DNA of 63,976 nt, counting the filler. It is 4 parts of 4 records of this genome, joined end to end, with 100 filler letters (N's around TTAATTAATTAA, not from the genome) between each part and the next. Parts side by side here need not be neighbours in the genome. Positions count along the whole stretch, not along the records: positions 18,998 to 39,984 come from SRR20825006_454; positions 40,085 to 57,478 come from SRR20825006_455; 2 more parts are not named here. One strand, given 5' to 3'. Shown here piece after piece: positions 31,762 through 40,260 of this stretch. Position 1 is the stretch's first letter. Every line of letters begins with the position of its first letter. Position numbers and translations under genes: made by a program. The notes below the pieces were generated by a model. That model saw nothing but the letters and a program-made list of their open reading frames with translations, made no database searches and had not been told where the DNA came from.

Positions 31762-33741
31762 ATGAGATATTTTAATTTTTTGTTTTTCTTTTTAGTATTA
31801 TGTCTTGGAGTGGCAAATGCTCAAGTTGAACAAGAATCTAATGTTGTTAAGGATACTACAATTGTTCTTACTAAAAAGGAAAATCCAACTAAAAAGAAAG
31901 GTGATGATTTTCCTATTGAAGATTATAAAATAATCTCCTATGCAAGAGATACTACCACTTTTGATACAACCCTAACCATTTATAAGGAATACAAATATAA
32001 TTACCTTAGAAAAGACGATTTTGAGTTGCTCCCTTTTGCAAATGTTGGTCAGACATACAATATATTAGGGGCAGCTACCAAGGAGAAGAGTTTCTATCCA
32101 AGAATGGGAGAAGAAGCTAAGCATAATAATTATATGGAAGTTAGTGATATTGATTATTACCGAGTGCCAACTCCTACTACAGAGCTTTTTTATAAAACAG
32201 TAATGGAGCAAGGGCAAATTCTAGATGCATTAATTACCTTAAATACCTCTCCACAGCTAAATATGTCTATTGCCTATAAAGGGATGCGCTCTTTAGGGAA
32301 ATATCAACATATTTTATCAAGTACTGGAAATTTTAGATTTACAACTAATTATCAAACTAAAAGTGGACGTTATTTATTGAGAGGCCATTATACTTCTCAA
32401 GATATTTTAAATGAAGAAAATGGCGGACTGGGAGTTCCAGAGCAGTTTACTTCTGGAGACGATGAGTTTACAGATCGTTCTAGAATTGATGTAAGATTTG
32501 AAGATGCAGAAAACTTCTTATTAGGGAAAAGATATTTTTTGGACCATGAGTTTTTTCTGTTTAAAGAAAAAGATTCTTTAAGAAATTACGGACTTTCCGT
32601 TGGACATCAATTAAATTATGAAACTAAAACGTACGAATTTAGACAGACTACAGCTAATTCATATTTTGGGGAATCTTACCAAGCATCTAATTTAGAGGAT
32701 AGAGCTAAGCTAAAAACTTTTAACAATCAGCTTAATTTAAATTATAATAATAAAATAATAGGGCAAGCAACTTTCCTAGTAAACTATTATAAATACAATT
32801 ATTATTTTAATAGTTTGGTGGTAAACGACAGCGCTACAATTACAAATCAACTACGAGATAATGAAATCTCCATTGGAGGAAAATTTAAAAAGCAAATTGG
32901 AGGTTTTTCTTTAGGGGGAGATTTTACGCAGAATATTGTAGGAGACTTAGGTGGAACTACATTTAATGCTGAAATGAATTACCAAATTACCGATGATATT
33001 GATGTAGATGCTAGTTTACATGCTTCGTCTCGTATGCCAAACTTTAATTTTTTATTGTATCAAAGTGATTATAAAGATTATAATTGGCAAAATACTGACA
33101 CTTTTGAAAAGCAAAAATTAAGCACCATTCAAGGAACTCTTAATTCTAAAAAGTGGGGAAGTCTTAGTGTTGCTTATACTGTAAGAGATAAATATGCCTA
33201 TTTTGAAGAAAATTTAGATACTGGAGATTCAATTTCTTCTGTTTTAGATGATGTACAAAGGGTTACGCCAACTCAATTTGATGGTTCTATAAATTCAATA
33301 AAAGTAAAATTGAGTAACGATTTACATTTTTTGCGTAAATGGGGACTAGCAAATACAATTATGTATCAAAATGTGAGTCAGAGTGAAGACATTATTAATG
33401 TACCGCAAATTGTAACGAGAAACACACTTTATTACTCAAATCATCTTTTCAAGAAAGCTCTTTATTTACAGGTAGGAGTTACTGCCAAATATTTTAGTGA
33501 ATATTATATGAATTCATACAGTCCTGTTCTTGGGGAATTATTAATTCAGAATAGAGAAAAAATAGGAGGGTATCCAATGATGGATTTCTTTATAAATGCA
33601 AAAGTTCGTCGTACTCGTATTTATTTAAAAGCAGAACATTTTAACTCTCCCTTTGGAGATAATAATTATTATACAGCGCCAAATTATCCGTATCGAGATT
33701 TTATCGTTCGTTTTGGAGTGGTTTGGAATTTCTTTACATAA
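31762..33741 (+). CDS. Putative porin (Bacteroidota outer-membrane beta-barrel)
   Basis: Signal peptide, ENGG motif, aromatic-rich beta strands, ends RFGVVWNFFT. Confidence 0.8.
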   Translation: MRYFNFLFFFLVLCLGVANAQVEQESNVVKDTTIVLTKKENPTKKKGDDFPIEDYKIISYARDTTTFDTTLTIYKEYKYNYLRKDDFELLPFANVGQTYNILGAATKEKSFYPRMGEEAKHNNYMEVSDIDYYRVPTPTTELFYKTVMEQGQILDALITLNTSPQLNMSIAYKGMRSLGKYQHILSSTGNFRFTTNYQTKSGRYLLRGHYTSQDILNEENGGLGVPEQFTSGDDEFTDRSRIDVRFEDAENFLLGKRYFLDHEFFLFKEKDSLRNYGLSVGHQLNYETKTYEFRQTTANSYFGESYQASNLEDRAKLKTFNNQLNLNYNNKIIGQATFLVNYYKYNYYFNSLVVNDSATITNQLRDNEISIGGKFKKQIGGFSLGGDFTQNIVGDLGGTTFNAEMNYQITDDIDVDASLHASSRMPNFNFLLYQSDYKDYNWQNTDTFEKQKLSTIQGTLNSKKWGSLSVAYTVRDKYAYFEENLDTGDSISSVLDDVQRVTPTQFDGSINSIKVKLSNDLHFLRKWGLANTIMYQNVSQSEDIINVPQIVTRNTLYYSNHLFKKALYLQVGVTAKYFSEYYMNSYSPVLGELLIQNREKIGGYPMMDFFINAKVRRTRIYLKAEHFNSPFGDNNYYTAPNYPYRDFIVRFGVVWNFFT

Positions 33742-33800
33742 AAGCTGTTTTTTAAGGAGACGCATAACTTTAGTGCGTATAACTTTTTAATTGAATTGAA

Positions 33801-34889
33801 ATGACGATAGATAATTTTTCAAAGGATTTTCCTTTAATTAGTCAATATACTTATGCTAATACGGCAGCTTCCGGACTTATGTATGAAAGTTTGATGGAAT
33901 GGCGACAAGGACATGATATTGATTTCCTTATTGGAGGGAGTAAGTTTAGAGAGTCTTTAGATGTTCAGCTTGCTGAAATTCGTACTGCAGTTGCCAGTTT
34001 TTTCGATTCAGAGTTTGAAAATACACTTTTAACACCAAATTTTTCTTTTGCACTAAAAGTATTTGTCAATGGAATTGATAAAGACAAAAGTGTATTGCTT
34101 TTGGAAGACGATTATCCCTCTGTAAATTGGCCTTTTAGTAGCAGTGGTTTTAAATCTGTTTCTTTTGCTGAAGTAAATCAGCATTTAGAGCAAAATATAA
34201 AAGAAGCATTTGCAAAGCAGCAACCAGATATTTTTGCATTTAGTATTGTTCAATATCTAAATGGAATCAAATTAGATTTAAATTTTATAAAAGATCTAAA
34301 GAAAGAATATCCTGATACTATTTTTGTTGCAGATGGAACTCAATATAGCGGTACCGAGAAATTTTCTTTTAAAGAATCTGGGATTGATGTTTTTGGTGGT
34401 AGCGGTTATAAATGGATGTTGTCAGGTTATGGAAATGGTTATATGCTCTTTAATAAAGAAATAGTTTCTCAACTATATCCTGTTTCAGTAGAATTTGAAC
34501 CGCAAAAAGAAGCTTTTCAGAAGGGGAAAAATCATTTAATGTGTCATTTTGAACCTGGACATATAGACACCTTAAACTTTGGAAGTTTATTATATTCTAT
34601 AGAACAATTTAATGAAATTGGAATGGATGCTATTGAAGCTCATTTAGCGTCATTGGCAAAACATGCTAAAGAAAAATTTACTGCTTTAGAGTTGCTTTCG
34701 GAAACAGTTACAGAGAGAAAAGAACATTCTACAATTTTTAATTTAAAGGTTACTCCTAAAATAATGGAGGCTTTAAAAGAGAGAAATGTGTTGTTTTCCT
34801 TACGTGGTTCTGGAATAAGAGTAAGTTTTCATATTTACAATACAATAAAGGATATTGATAAAATAGCAAACATCCTTAAACATAAATAG
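33801..34889 (+). CDS. Class V aminotransferase-fold PLP enzyme (cysteine desulfurase/C-S lyase-like)
   Basis: YANTAASG, DGTQ, GYKWML (PLP lysine) and IRVSFHIYN motifs. Confidence 0.85.
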   Translation: MTIDNFSKDFPLISQYTYANTAASGLMYESLMEWRQGHDIDFLIGGSKFRESLDVQLAEIRTAVASFFDSEFENTLLTPNFSFALKVFVNGIDKDKSVLLLEDDYPSVNWPFSSSGFKSVSFAEVNQHLEQNIKEAFAKQQPDIFAFSIVQYLNGIKLDLNFIKDLKKEYPDTIFVADGTQYSGTEKFSFKESGIDVFGGSGYKWMLSGYGNGYMLFNKEIVSQLYPVSVEFEPQKEAFQKGKNHLMCHFEPGHIDTLNFGSLLYSIEQFNEIGMDAIEAHLASLAKHAKEKFTALELLSETVTERKEHSTIFNLKVTPKIMEALKERNVLFSLRGSGIRVSFHIYNTIKDIDKIANILKHK

Positions 34890-35041
34890 TTCTTTTTCTT
34901 TATTTTTATAAAGTAAATTTTACATATTTCATTATTTCGTTAAGACTGTTTTATTAAAACGATAAATGTTTGGATGCTAGTTGTTTATTATGATTTAAAT
35001 GTATTCTTTTGATACAAATTAATCATTAAATTTTATCAACT

Positions 35042-35338
35042 ATGTCAATTTCAAAACAATATTTAAAGTCTAGACCAGTTTGTAAGGTAACTTTTGTAGT
35101 TTCTGCAGCAGAAGCAAATGAGGTGGTAGTTGTAGGAGATTTTAACGAATGGAATCCAGAAGCAACAGCCTTAAAAAAACTAAAAAACGGTAATTTTAAA
35201 GGTACATGTGAAATTCCAAAAGATAACTCCTACGAATTCCGATATATTATAGATGGAAATTACACAAACGAACAAGAAGCAGATGGATTTCAATGGAATG
35301 ATTTTGCTGGTACAGAAAACGCTATTTTATACGTATAA
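35042..35338 (+). CDS. Isoamylase early-set/CBM48-like glycogen-binding small protein
   Basis: VVGDFNEW and YEFRYIIDG motifs. Confidence 0.85.
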   Translation: MSISKQYLKSRPVCKVTFVVSAAEANEVVVVGDFNEWNPEATALKKLKNGNFKGTCEIPKDNSYEFRYIIDGNYTNEQEADGFQWNDFAGTENAILYV

Positions 35339-35501
35339 ATAAACTACCTTAAAATCCTGTCTAAGCAAAAGGCTCAAGTCAAAAAGTTGTGGGATTTTAA
35401 AGATTGGAGGGTAAACCCACAAAATAAATTTAATTCATTTGGAAGCAGTGTTCTTTAATGAGTAAGGATACTACTTAAGAGCTTGAAATCTCTTTGAAGA
35501 G

Positions 35502-36272
35502 TTAAATACGTTTTATTAGAATAGTACTAAAATCTATATAGAAATTTTCAATGGTGTTTAAATCGTAATTATCTTCCACGGAAATAATAGCACCATTCCA
35601 ATTTCCTAATACCCAATTCCCATTTTTTAAATTGGGTAATTGAGCGTAATTAATAGTGTTGTTGCTCCAAGCATACGCATAGTAATATGGAAGTTTGTTG
35701 ACCTCCGTATCTGCAATAGCGTATCCTAAACCTATACCTTTTTCTTTATCAATATTTATAAGCATTCCTGTGTCAAAATGGTGTGGCCAAACATATATTG
35801 TGGTGGCATTATTATAGTTACTTTTTAGTTTTTCTAAGGCACGCTGTGCTATATTGCGTTCTTCTATTAACTGAAAAATAATTTTTTCATCATCAGTATC
35901 TAAAGCAACAAACGTATCAAAGTCTGTTTCTAGTTTAAATCCTAAGTTATAATGGAAGTTACCTGCCGATAATCCGTAATCTGAAATAGTTTCGCGGATC
36001 CAAGAATCAATACCGCTGTGAGTAAGACCAAGTAAATCGAGTTCTTTATATTCACTTTCTCGATAGATTCTCAATACTATATCTTTGTAATTTAACTCAA
36101 TATAAAAATCTTTTACTTTTTGAGATTGGAGAGCACTTTTTTCAATGGACCATGTAAGTGCAGACTGACTATCATCTTCTTTTTTAGTAAGAAAACTGTT
36201 GGAAAAAGCAGCTAGGTATTGAGATAAATGATGAAATTTGTTTTGAATAGTATTTATGTGGAATTGATCCAT
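35502..36272 (-). CDS. Hypothetical protein, third gene of the egtB-egtD operon
   Basis: 256-aa ORF starting 4 bp after the egtD stop; WPHHFDTG and PYYYAYAW motifs. Confidence 0.75.
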   Translation of the reverse strand: MDQFHINTIQNKFHHLSQYLAAFSNSFLTKKEDDSQSALTWSIEKSALQSQKVKDFYIELNYKDIVLRIYRESEYKELDLLGLTHSGIDSWIRETISDYGLSAGNFHYNLGFKLETDFDTFVALDTDDEKIIFQLIEERNIAQRALEKLKSNYNNATTIYVWPHHFDTGMLINIDKEKGIGLGYAIADTEVNKLPYYYAYAWSNNTINYAQLPNLKNGNWVLGNWNGAIISVEDNYDLNTIENFYIDFSTILIKRI

Positions 36273-36276
36273 AGTT

Positions 36277-37236
36277 TTATGCTTTTATGGTTAGTAAGAA
36301 ATCTTTAAAAAGATTTTCAGAATCGACATATTTATCTATAACTTTTAAATTAGCTTGCTCGGCAAGCCAATTTACAGTAAGATCATCATATTTTTGAGAA
36401 ATCTCTGTATGGATGGTTTCCCATGCTTTAAAATTTATTTCTAAATCTATTTTCTGAAGCCTAACTTTTAAATCTTCTTTTGCAACTAAATAGCTTTTTG
36501 CAGTCCCAGTCTCAGGGTCGTAAGTTTCCCAATGTGAGAATTTATCAAGATCAAAATCAGCATTCATTTCTCTGTTTATCCGCAACAATAAATTCTTATT
36601 AAAAGCTTCAGTTATTCCAGTTTTATCACTGTAAGCATCTATAATTTGTTGAGGGTTTTTCTTCATATCAAACCCCATAAATAGCAAATCTCCTTTATTC
36701 ATGCTTGCTTGAATATTTTGTAAGAATTCAATAGCTTTTTCATGTACCAAGTTCCCAATGTTTGATCCTAAAACTAAAATCACTTTTTTACGACTCTTAT
36801 ATTCAGCTAAACGATTTAAAACTTTAAAATACATTCCTTCTTGTGGAATTACTTTTAAATTTGGGAGTTCATTTTCTAGAGATTCTTTTAATTCTTTTAA
36901 CGCATACTTGCTAATATCAATGGGTTGATAAGAGAAATTAAATTTATTTTCATTTAAATAACGTAACAGAACTTTTGTTTTTTTGCCATCTCCAGCTCCT
37001 AATTCTATTATATCAAAACCATTTTCATCATTAAAAGCTGCGGCTATTTTTTCAGTATAACTTTCAATAATACTGTATTCTGCATCTGTTAAATAATATT
37101 CTGGCATATTCATTATCTGCTGAAATATTTTATCCCCTTTTTCATCATAAAAATATTTAGAAGATAACTTTTTAGGATATGAGGTTAGACCCTTGTAAAC
37201 GTCTTCTTCAAAGGCATTTGTATATATTGTTGGCAT
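36277..37236 (-). CDS. egtD: L-histidine N(alpha)-trimethyltransferase
   Basis: KYFYDEKG, PEYYLT, ELGAGDGKKT, GSNIGN and IHTEISQKY motifs. Confidence 0.93.
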   Translation of the reverse strand: MPTIYTNAFEEDVYKGLTSYPKKLSSKYFYDEKGDKIFQQIMNMPEYYLTDAEYSIIESYTEKIAAAFNDENGFDIIELGAGDGKKTKVLLRYLNENKFNFSYQPIDISKYALKELKESLENELPNLKVIPQEGMYFKVLNRLAEYKSRKKVILVLGSNIGNLVHEKAIEFLQNIQASMNKGDLLFMGFDMKKNPQQIIDAYSDKTGITEAFNKNLLLRINREMNADFDLDKFSHWETYDPETGTAKSYLVAKEDLKVRLQKIDLEINFKAWETIHTEISQKYDDLTVNWLAEQANLKVIDKYVDSENLFKDFLLTIKA

Positions 37237-37254
37237 AGTTTTTCTAGATATAGT

Positions 37255-38418
37255 TTATCTTTTGGCAAGTCTAATTCCAGTAAATTGCCATCTTAAATGC
37301 GGATGAAAAAAGTTTCGATATGTATAACGAGTATGATCTTTGGAAGTTACCACAGATCCACCTCTAAGTACTTTTTGATTTACCATAAACTTGCCATTAT
37401 ACTCGCCTAAAGCTCCTGCTGCTTTTTTGTAGTAAGGATAGGGGAGGTAGGCACTTTCTGTCCACTCCCATCGTTTCCCCCAGTCAAAATAATCTTGAGC
37501 AACCTCCCATTCAAATTCTGTTGGCAAGCGTAATCCTCTCCATTCAGCATATGCAAAAGCTTCATAGTAAGAAACGTGTGTTATGGGAGCTTCAAGGTTA
37601 ATTGGTTTTAATCCTTTAAAGGTGTATTGATGCCATTCGTTATCAATTTTATGCCAATATAGAGGTGCTTTTATAGTGTTAGCTCGAATCCAATCCCAGC
37701 CTTCGGCATGCCAAAAATTAAAGTTGTTATAGCCACCATCATTTATAAATTCAAGGTATTCTTCGTTGGTAATAAGTTTGTTTGAGATTTTATAGTTATG
37801 GAGAAAAACCTTATGTTTTCCTAATTCATTATCAAAACAAAAATCGTTTGTAGCGTGACCAATTTCATAAGTGCCTTCTGGAATTTTAATCCACTTAGAT
37901 TTCTGTTTTTCAATTAGATTTTCTTCAAAAGTTTCAGAATAATGTGGTAAAAGCGGATTGTTTCCTAAAATATACTTTATATCTGTAAACAGTAATTCCT
38001 GATGTTGTTTTTCATGATGAATTCCTATGGTTACCAAACTGCTAATCTCTTCTGTTAGATTATCATCTAAAAATTCAGAGAGACAATTGGTAACATAATC
38101 TCGATATTTATAAACCTCTTCTACAGATGGACGTGTAAGATTGCCACGGTCTGTTCTTAAAATTTTATCACCTACACTTTCGTAATAGCTGTTAAATATA
38201 TAGCTAAATTGCGAATCAAATTCTTTATAATCAGGATTGTATTGTTTTAAAATAAACTCTTCAAAAAACCATGTTGTATGTCCTAAATGCCATTTTGGAG
38301 GAGATACATTTTCAATAGGTTGCACAACATAATCTTCTTGAGTTAATGGTGCACAAATTTCTTCCGTAGCGATTCTTGTTTGAAGAAAATTGCTAATAAT
38401 TTCATTGGTTATTAACAT
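37255..38418 (-). CDS. egtB: Ergothioneine biosynthesis sulfoxide synthase
   Basis: SPPKWHLGHTTWFFE, FNSYY, HEKQHQEL iron ligands, FGE-sulfatase domain RLPTEFEWE, EYNGKFM. Confidence 0.93.
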   Translation of the reverse strand: MLITNEIISNFLQTRIATEEICAPLTQEDYVVQPIENVSPPKWHLGHTTWFFEEFILKQYNPDYKEFDSQFSYIFNSYYESVGDKILRTDRGNLTRPSVEEVYKYRDYVTNCLSEFLDDNLTEEISSLVTIGIHHEKQHQELLFTDIKYILGNNPLLPHYSETFEENLIEKQKSKWIKIPEGTYEIGHATNDFCFDNELGKHKVFLHNYKISNKLITNEEYLEFINDGGYNNFNFWHAEGWDWIRANTIKAPLYWHKIDNEWHQYTFKGLKPINLEAPITHVSYYEAFAYAEWRGLRLPTEFEWEVAQDYFDWGKRWEWTESAYLPYPYYKKAAGALGEYNGKFMVNQKVLRGGSVVTSKDHTRYTYRNFFHPHLRWQFTGIRLAKR

Positions 38419-38541
38419 TTAGTAACTTTTTCCTTTGTTTTTTTATTAAAAATAAGGATTTTAACGTATGCATTGCAAGATGCTTAGTTAAAAGTTGTTA
38501 AAAACCAATTTAACGATTAAAAAATGAATGTAATTTAAGAA

Positions 38542-39366
38542 TTACACCGCAACAGCTCCTTTAATATGCGGATGGTGCTCGTAATTTTCTAAAGTAAAAT
38601 CTTCAAACTTAAAGCTAAAAATATCTTTTACTTCGGGGTTAAGCTTCATTGTAGGCAAGGGTTTTGGCTCTCTAGATAGCTGTAATTCCAATTGCTCTAA
38701 ATGGTTGTTGTAGATATGAGCATCTCCAAAAGTATGGATAAAATCGCCAGCTTTATAACCACAAACTTGTGCCATCATCATTGTAAATAAAGCATAAGAA
38801 GCTATGTTGAAGGGCACCCCTAAAAAGATATCGGCACTTCGTTGGTATAATTGGCAAGAAAGTTTTCCATCGGCAACATAAAACTGAAAAAAAGCATGGC
38901 AGGGAGGTAAAGCCGCCTTTCCATTAGCAACATTTTCAGAAAACGAAACAGAAGTATCTGGCAAAACACTTGGGTTCCAAGCGGAAACTAACATCCTTCT
39001 ACTATTTGGATTGTTTTTTAAAGTCTCCACAACCTCCTTTATTTGGTCTATTTCTTCACTGTTCCAATTTCTCCATTGATGACCGTAAACGGGACCTAAA
39101 TCTCCATTTTCGTCTGCCCATTCGTTCCAAATACGTACCCCATTATCTTGTAAGTATTTTACATTTGTATCGCCATTTAGAAACCATAACAGTTCATAAA
39201 TAATAGATTTTAAATGCAGTTTTTTGGTTGTTACCATAGGGAAACCTTCACTTAAATCGAAACGCATTTGGTAGCCAAAAACACTTTTGGTTCCCGTTCC
39301 TGTTCTATCTCCTTTTTCATTTCCGTTTGCTAATACGTGCTTAACAAGGTCGTGGTACTGCTTCAT
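38542..39366 (-). CDS. thyA: Thymidylate synthase
   Basis: DRTGTGT, LPPCH and [18 protein letters not shown] motifs. Confidence 0.98.
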   Translation of the reverse strand: MKQYHDLVKHVLANGNEKGDRTGTGTKSVFGYQMRFDLSEGFPMVTTKKLHLKSIIYELLWFLNGDTNVKYLQDNGVRIWNEWADENGDLGPVYGHQWRNWNSEEIDQIKEVVETLKNNPNSRRMLVSAWNPSVLPDTSVSFSENVANGKAALPPCHAFFQFYVADGKLSCQLYQRSADIFLGVPFNIASYALFTMMMAQVCGYKAGDFIHTFGDAHIYNNHLEQLELQLSREPKPLPTMKLNPEVKDIFSFKFEDFTLENYEHHPHIKGAVAV

Positions 39367-39394
39367 TTGTTATATAATCTAAGTGAGAATTTTC

Positions 39395-39467
39395 TGGGCG
39401 TTCCCCAACAAAAAGGTTGGGGCGGGCTTTTCGCGGTACACGGTACCTTGCTTCAATCCCTAACGCA
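39395..39467 (+). ncRNA. Flavo-1-like structured RNA/repeat element
   Basis: GGGCGTT-CCCCAAC/GTTGGGG hairpin-CGGGCTTTTCGC-GGTAC/GTACC hairpin-CAATCCCTAACGC; resembles the Flavobacteria Flavo-1 motif as recalled, not searched. Confidence 0.6.
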
Positions 39468-39589
39468 AACTTTTACGAAAATAGAAAAAGCCTCTCAATA
39501 ATTAATGTAGGAACTTCTTAATTTATTAAAAGGTTATTAACGGTTTTGGGTCTTGAGATTAATGAGCCAGAAGTCGGTCCTGAGTTTTT

Positions 39590-39835
39590 TCGTACTTTGG
39601 ACTTTGCAGCTCTACAAATTCGCAATTTCGCCTCTTAAAGAGTTACGATTTTACAAGGTTACGTTGTTACGAAGAAAGAAATCGCTAACTGAGTACTGAA
39701 CACTCCTGACTTAGGACTTTGCAACTCTACAAATTCGCAATTTCACTTCTTAAAAAAGCTATGAAGTTACGTTGTCATGAAGAAGTATACAGAGCACTAC
39801 CTACTGAATTTGCCTCTTTACCTCTTTACAACACA
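39590..39835. repeat. Imperfect tandem duplication (unit about 108-115 nt) built from 7-8 nt periodic repeats
   Basis: 39599-39639 vs 39714-39754 match at 38/41; GTTACGTTGTYAYGAAGAA and TACTGAA also recur. Confidence 0.85.
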
Positions 39836-39842
39836 TTTGGAC

Positions 39843-39984
39843 TTACCCAATAATCATTCCTGCAATTGTGGCCGATAATAATGAGGCTATAGAACCTCCA
39901 ATAACGGCTTTCATTCCAAATTCTGATAAATTTTTACGTTGCCCTGGTGCTAATGAACCAATTCCGCCAATTTGAATTCCAATA
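39843..39984 (-). CDS. nupC: NupC/CNT family nucleoside transporter, C-terminal fragment
   Basis: Hand translation gives IGIQIGGIGSLAPGQRKNLSEFGMKAVIGGSIASLLSATIAGMIIG*. Confidence 0.88.
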
Positions 39985-40084
39985 NNNNNNNNNNNNNNNN
40001 NNNNNNNNNNNNNNNNNNNNNNNNNNNNTTAATTAATTAANNNNNNNNNNNNNNNNNNNNNNNNNNNNNNNNNNNNNNNNNNNN
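39985..40084. other. Artificial contig linker
   Basis: N-run with TTAATTAATTAA, 100 bp. Confidence 0.98.
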
Positions 40085-40113
40085 CTGCTCCGTTACCACT
40101 CCGGCACCTCTCC
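40085..40113 (-). tRNA. 5' part of a tRNA, probably tRNA-Ser(GCT), truncated before the anticodon
   Basis: Minus strand GGAGAGGTGCCGGAGTGGTAACGGAGCAG gives an acceptor strand, a D-arm with TGG and the start of the anticodon stem. Confidence 0.75.
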
Positions 40114-40150
40114 AGTTTTTTTATGAACTTAACATCCTAAAATGCGGTTG

Positions 40151-40182
40151 CAAATGTAAGTCTTCAGATGGAATATCGCAAA
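40151..40182 (-). promoter_or_regulatory. Bacteroidota housekeeping promoter for the tRNA
   Basis: Minus strand reads TTTG-20 nt-TACATTTG. Confidence 0.7.
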
Positions 40183-40260
40183 CAAAAATCACGCTTTTTT
40201 TAATAAAAATTTTAAACCTGTTTAAATCAAGCAAATGGTTTTTAAAAATAATTGAAAAAA

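Noticed and set aside
35371-35393. IS terminal inverted repeat
   Set aside because: Vague resemblance only; no partner repeat or transposase remnant
36277-38418. Selenoneine (senABC) cluster
   Set aside because: No selenophosphate synthetase or SenB-type glycosyltransferase on the contig
38440-38525. TTAAC/GTTAA inverted repeats upstream of egtB as an operator
   Set aside because: Short AT-only arms in very AT-rich DNA; cannot be distinguished from chance
39599-39754. Possible CRISPR array
   Set aside because: Only two degenerate copies, the intervening sequences are themselves related, and there are no cas genes
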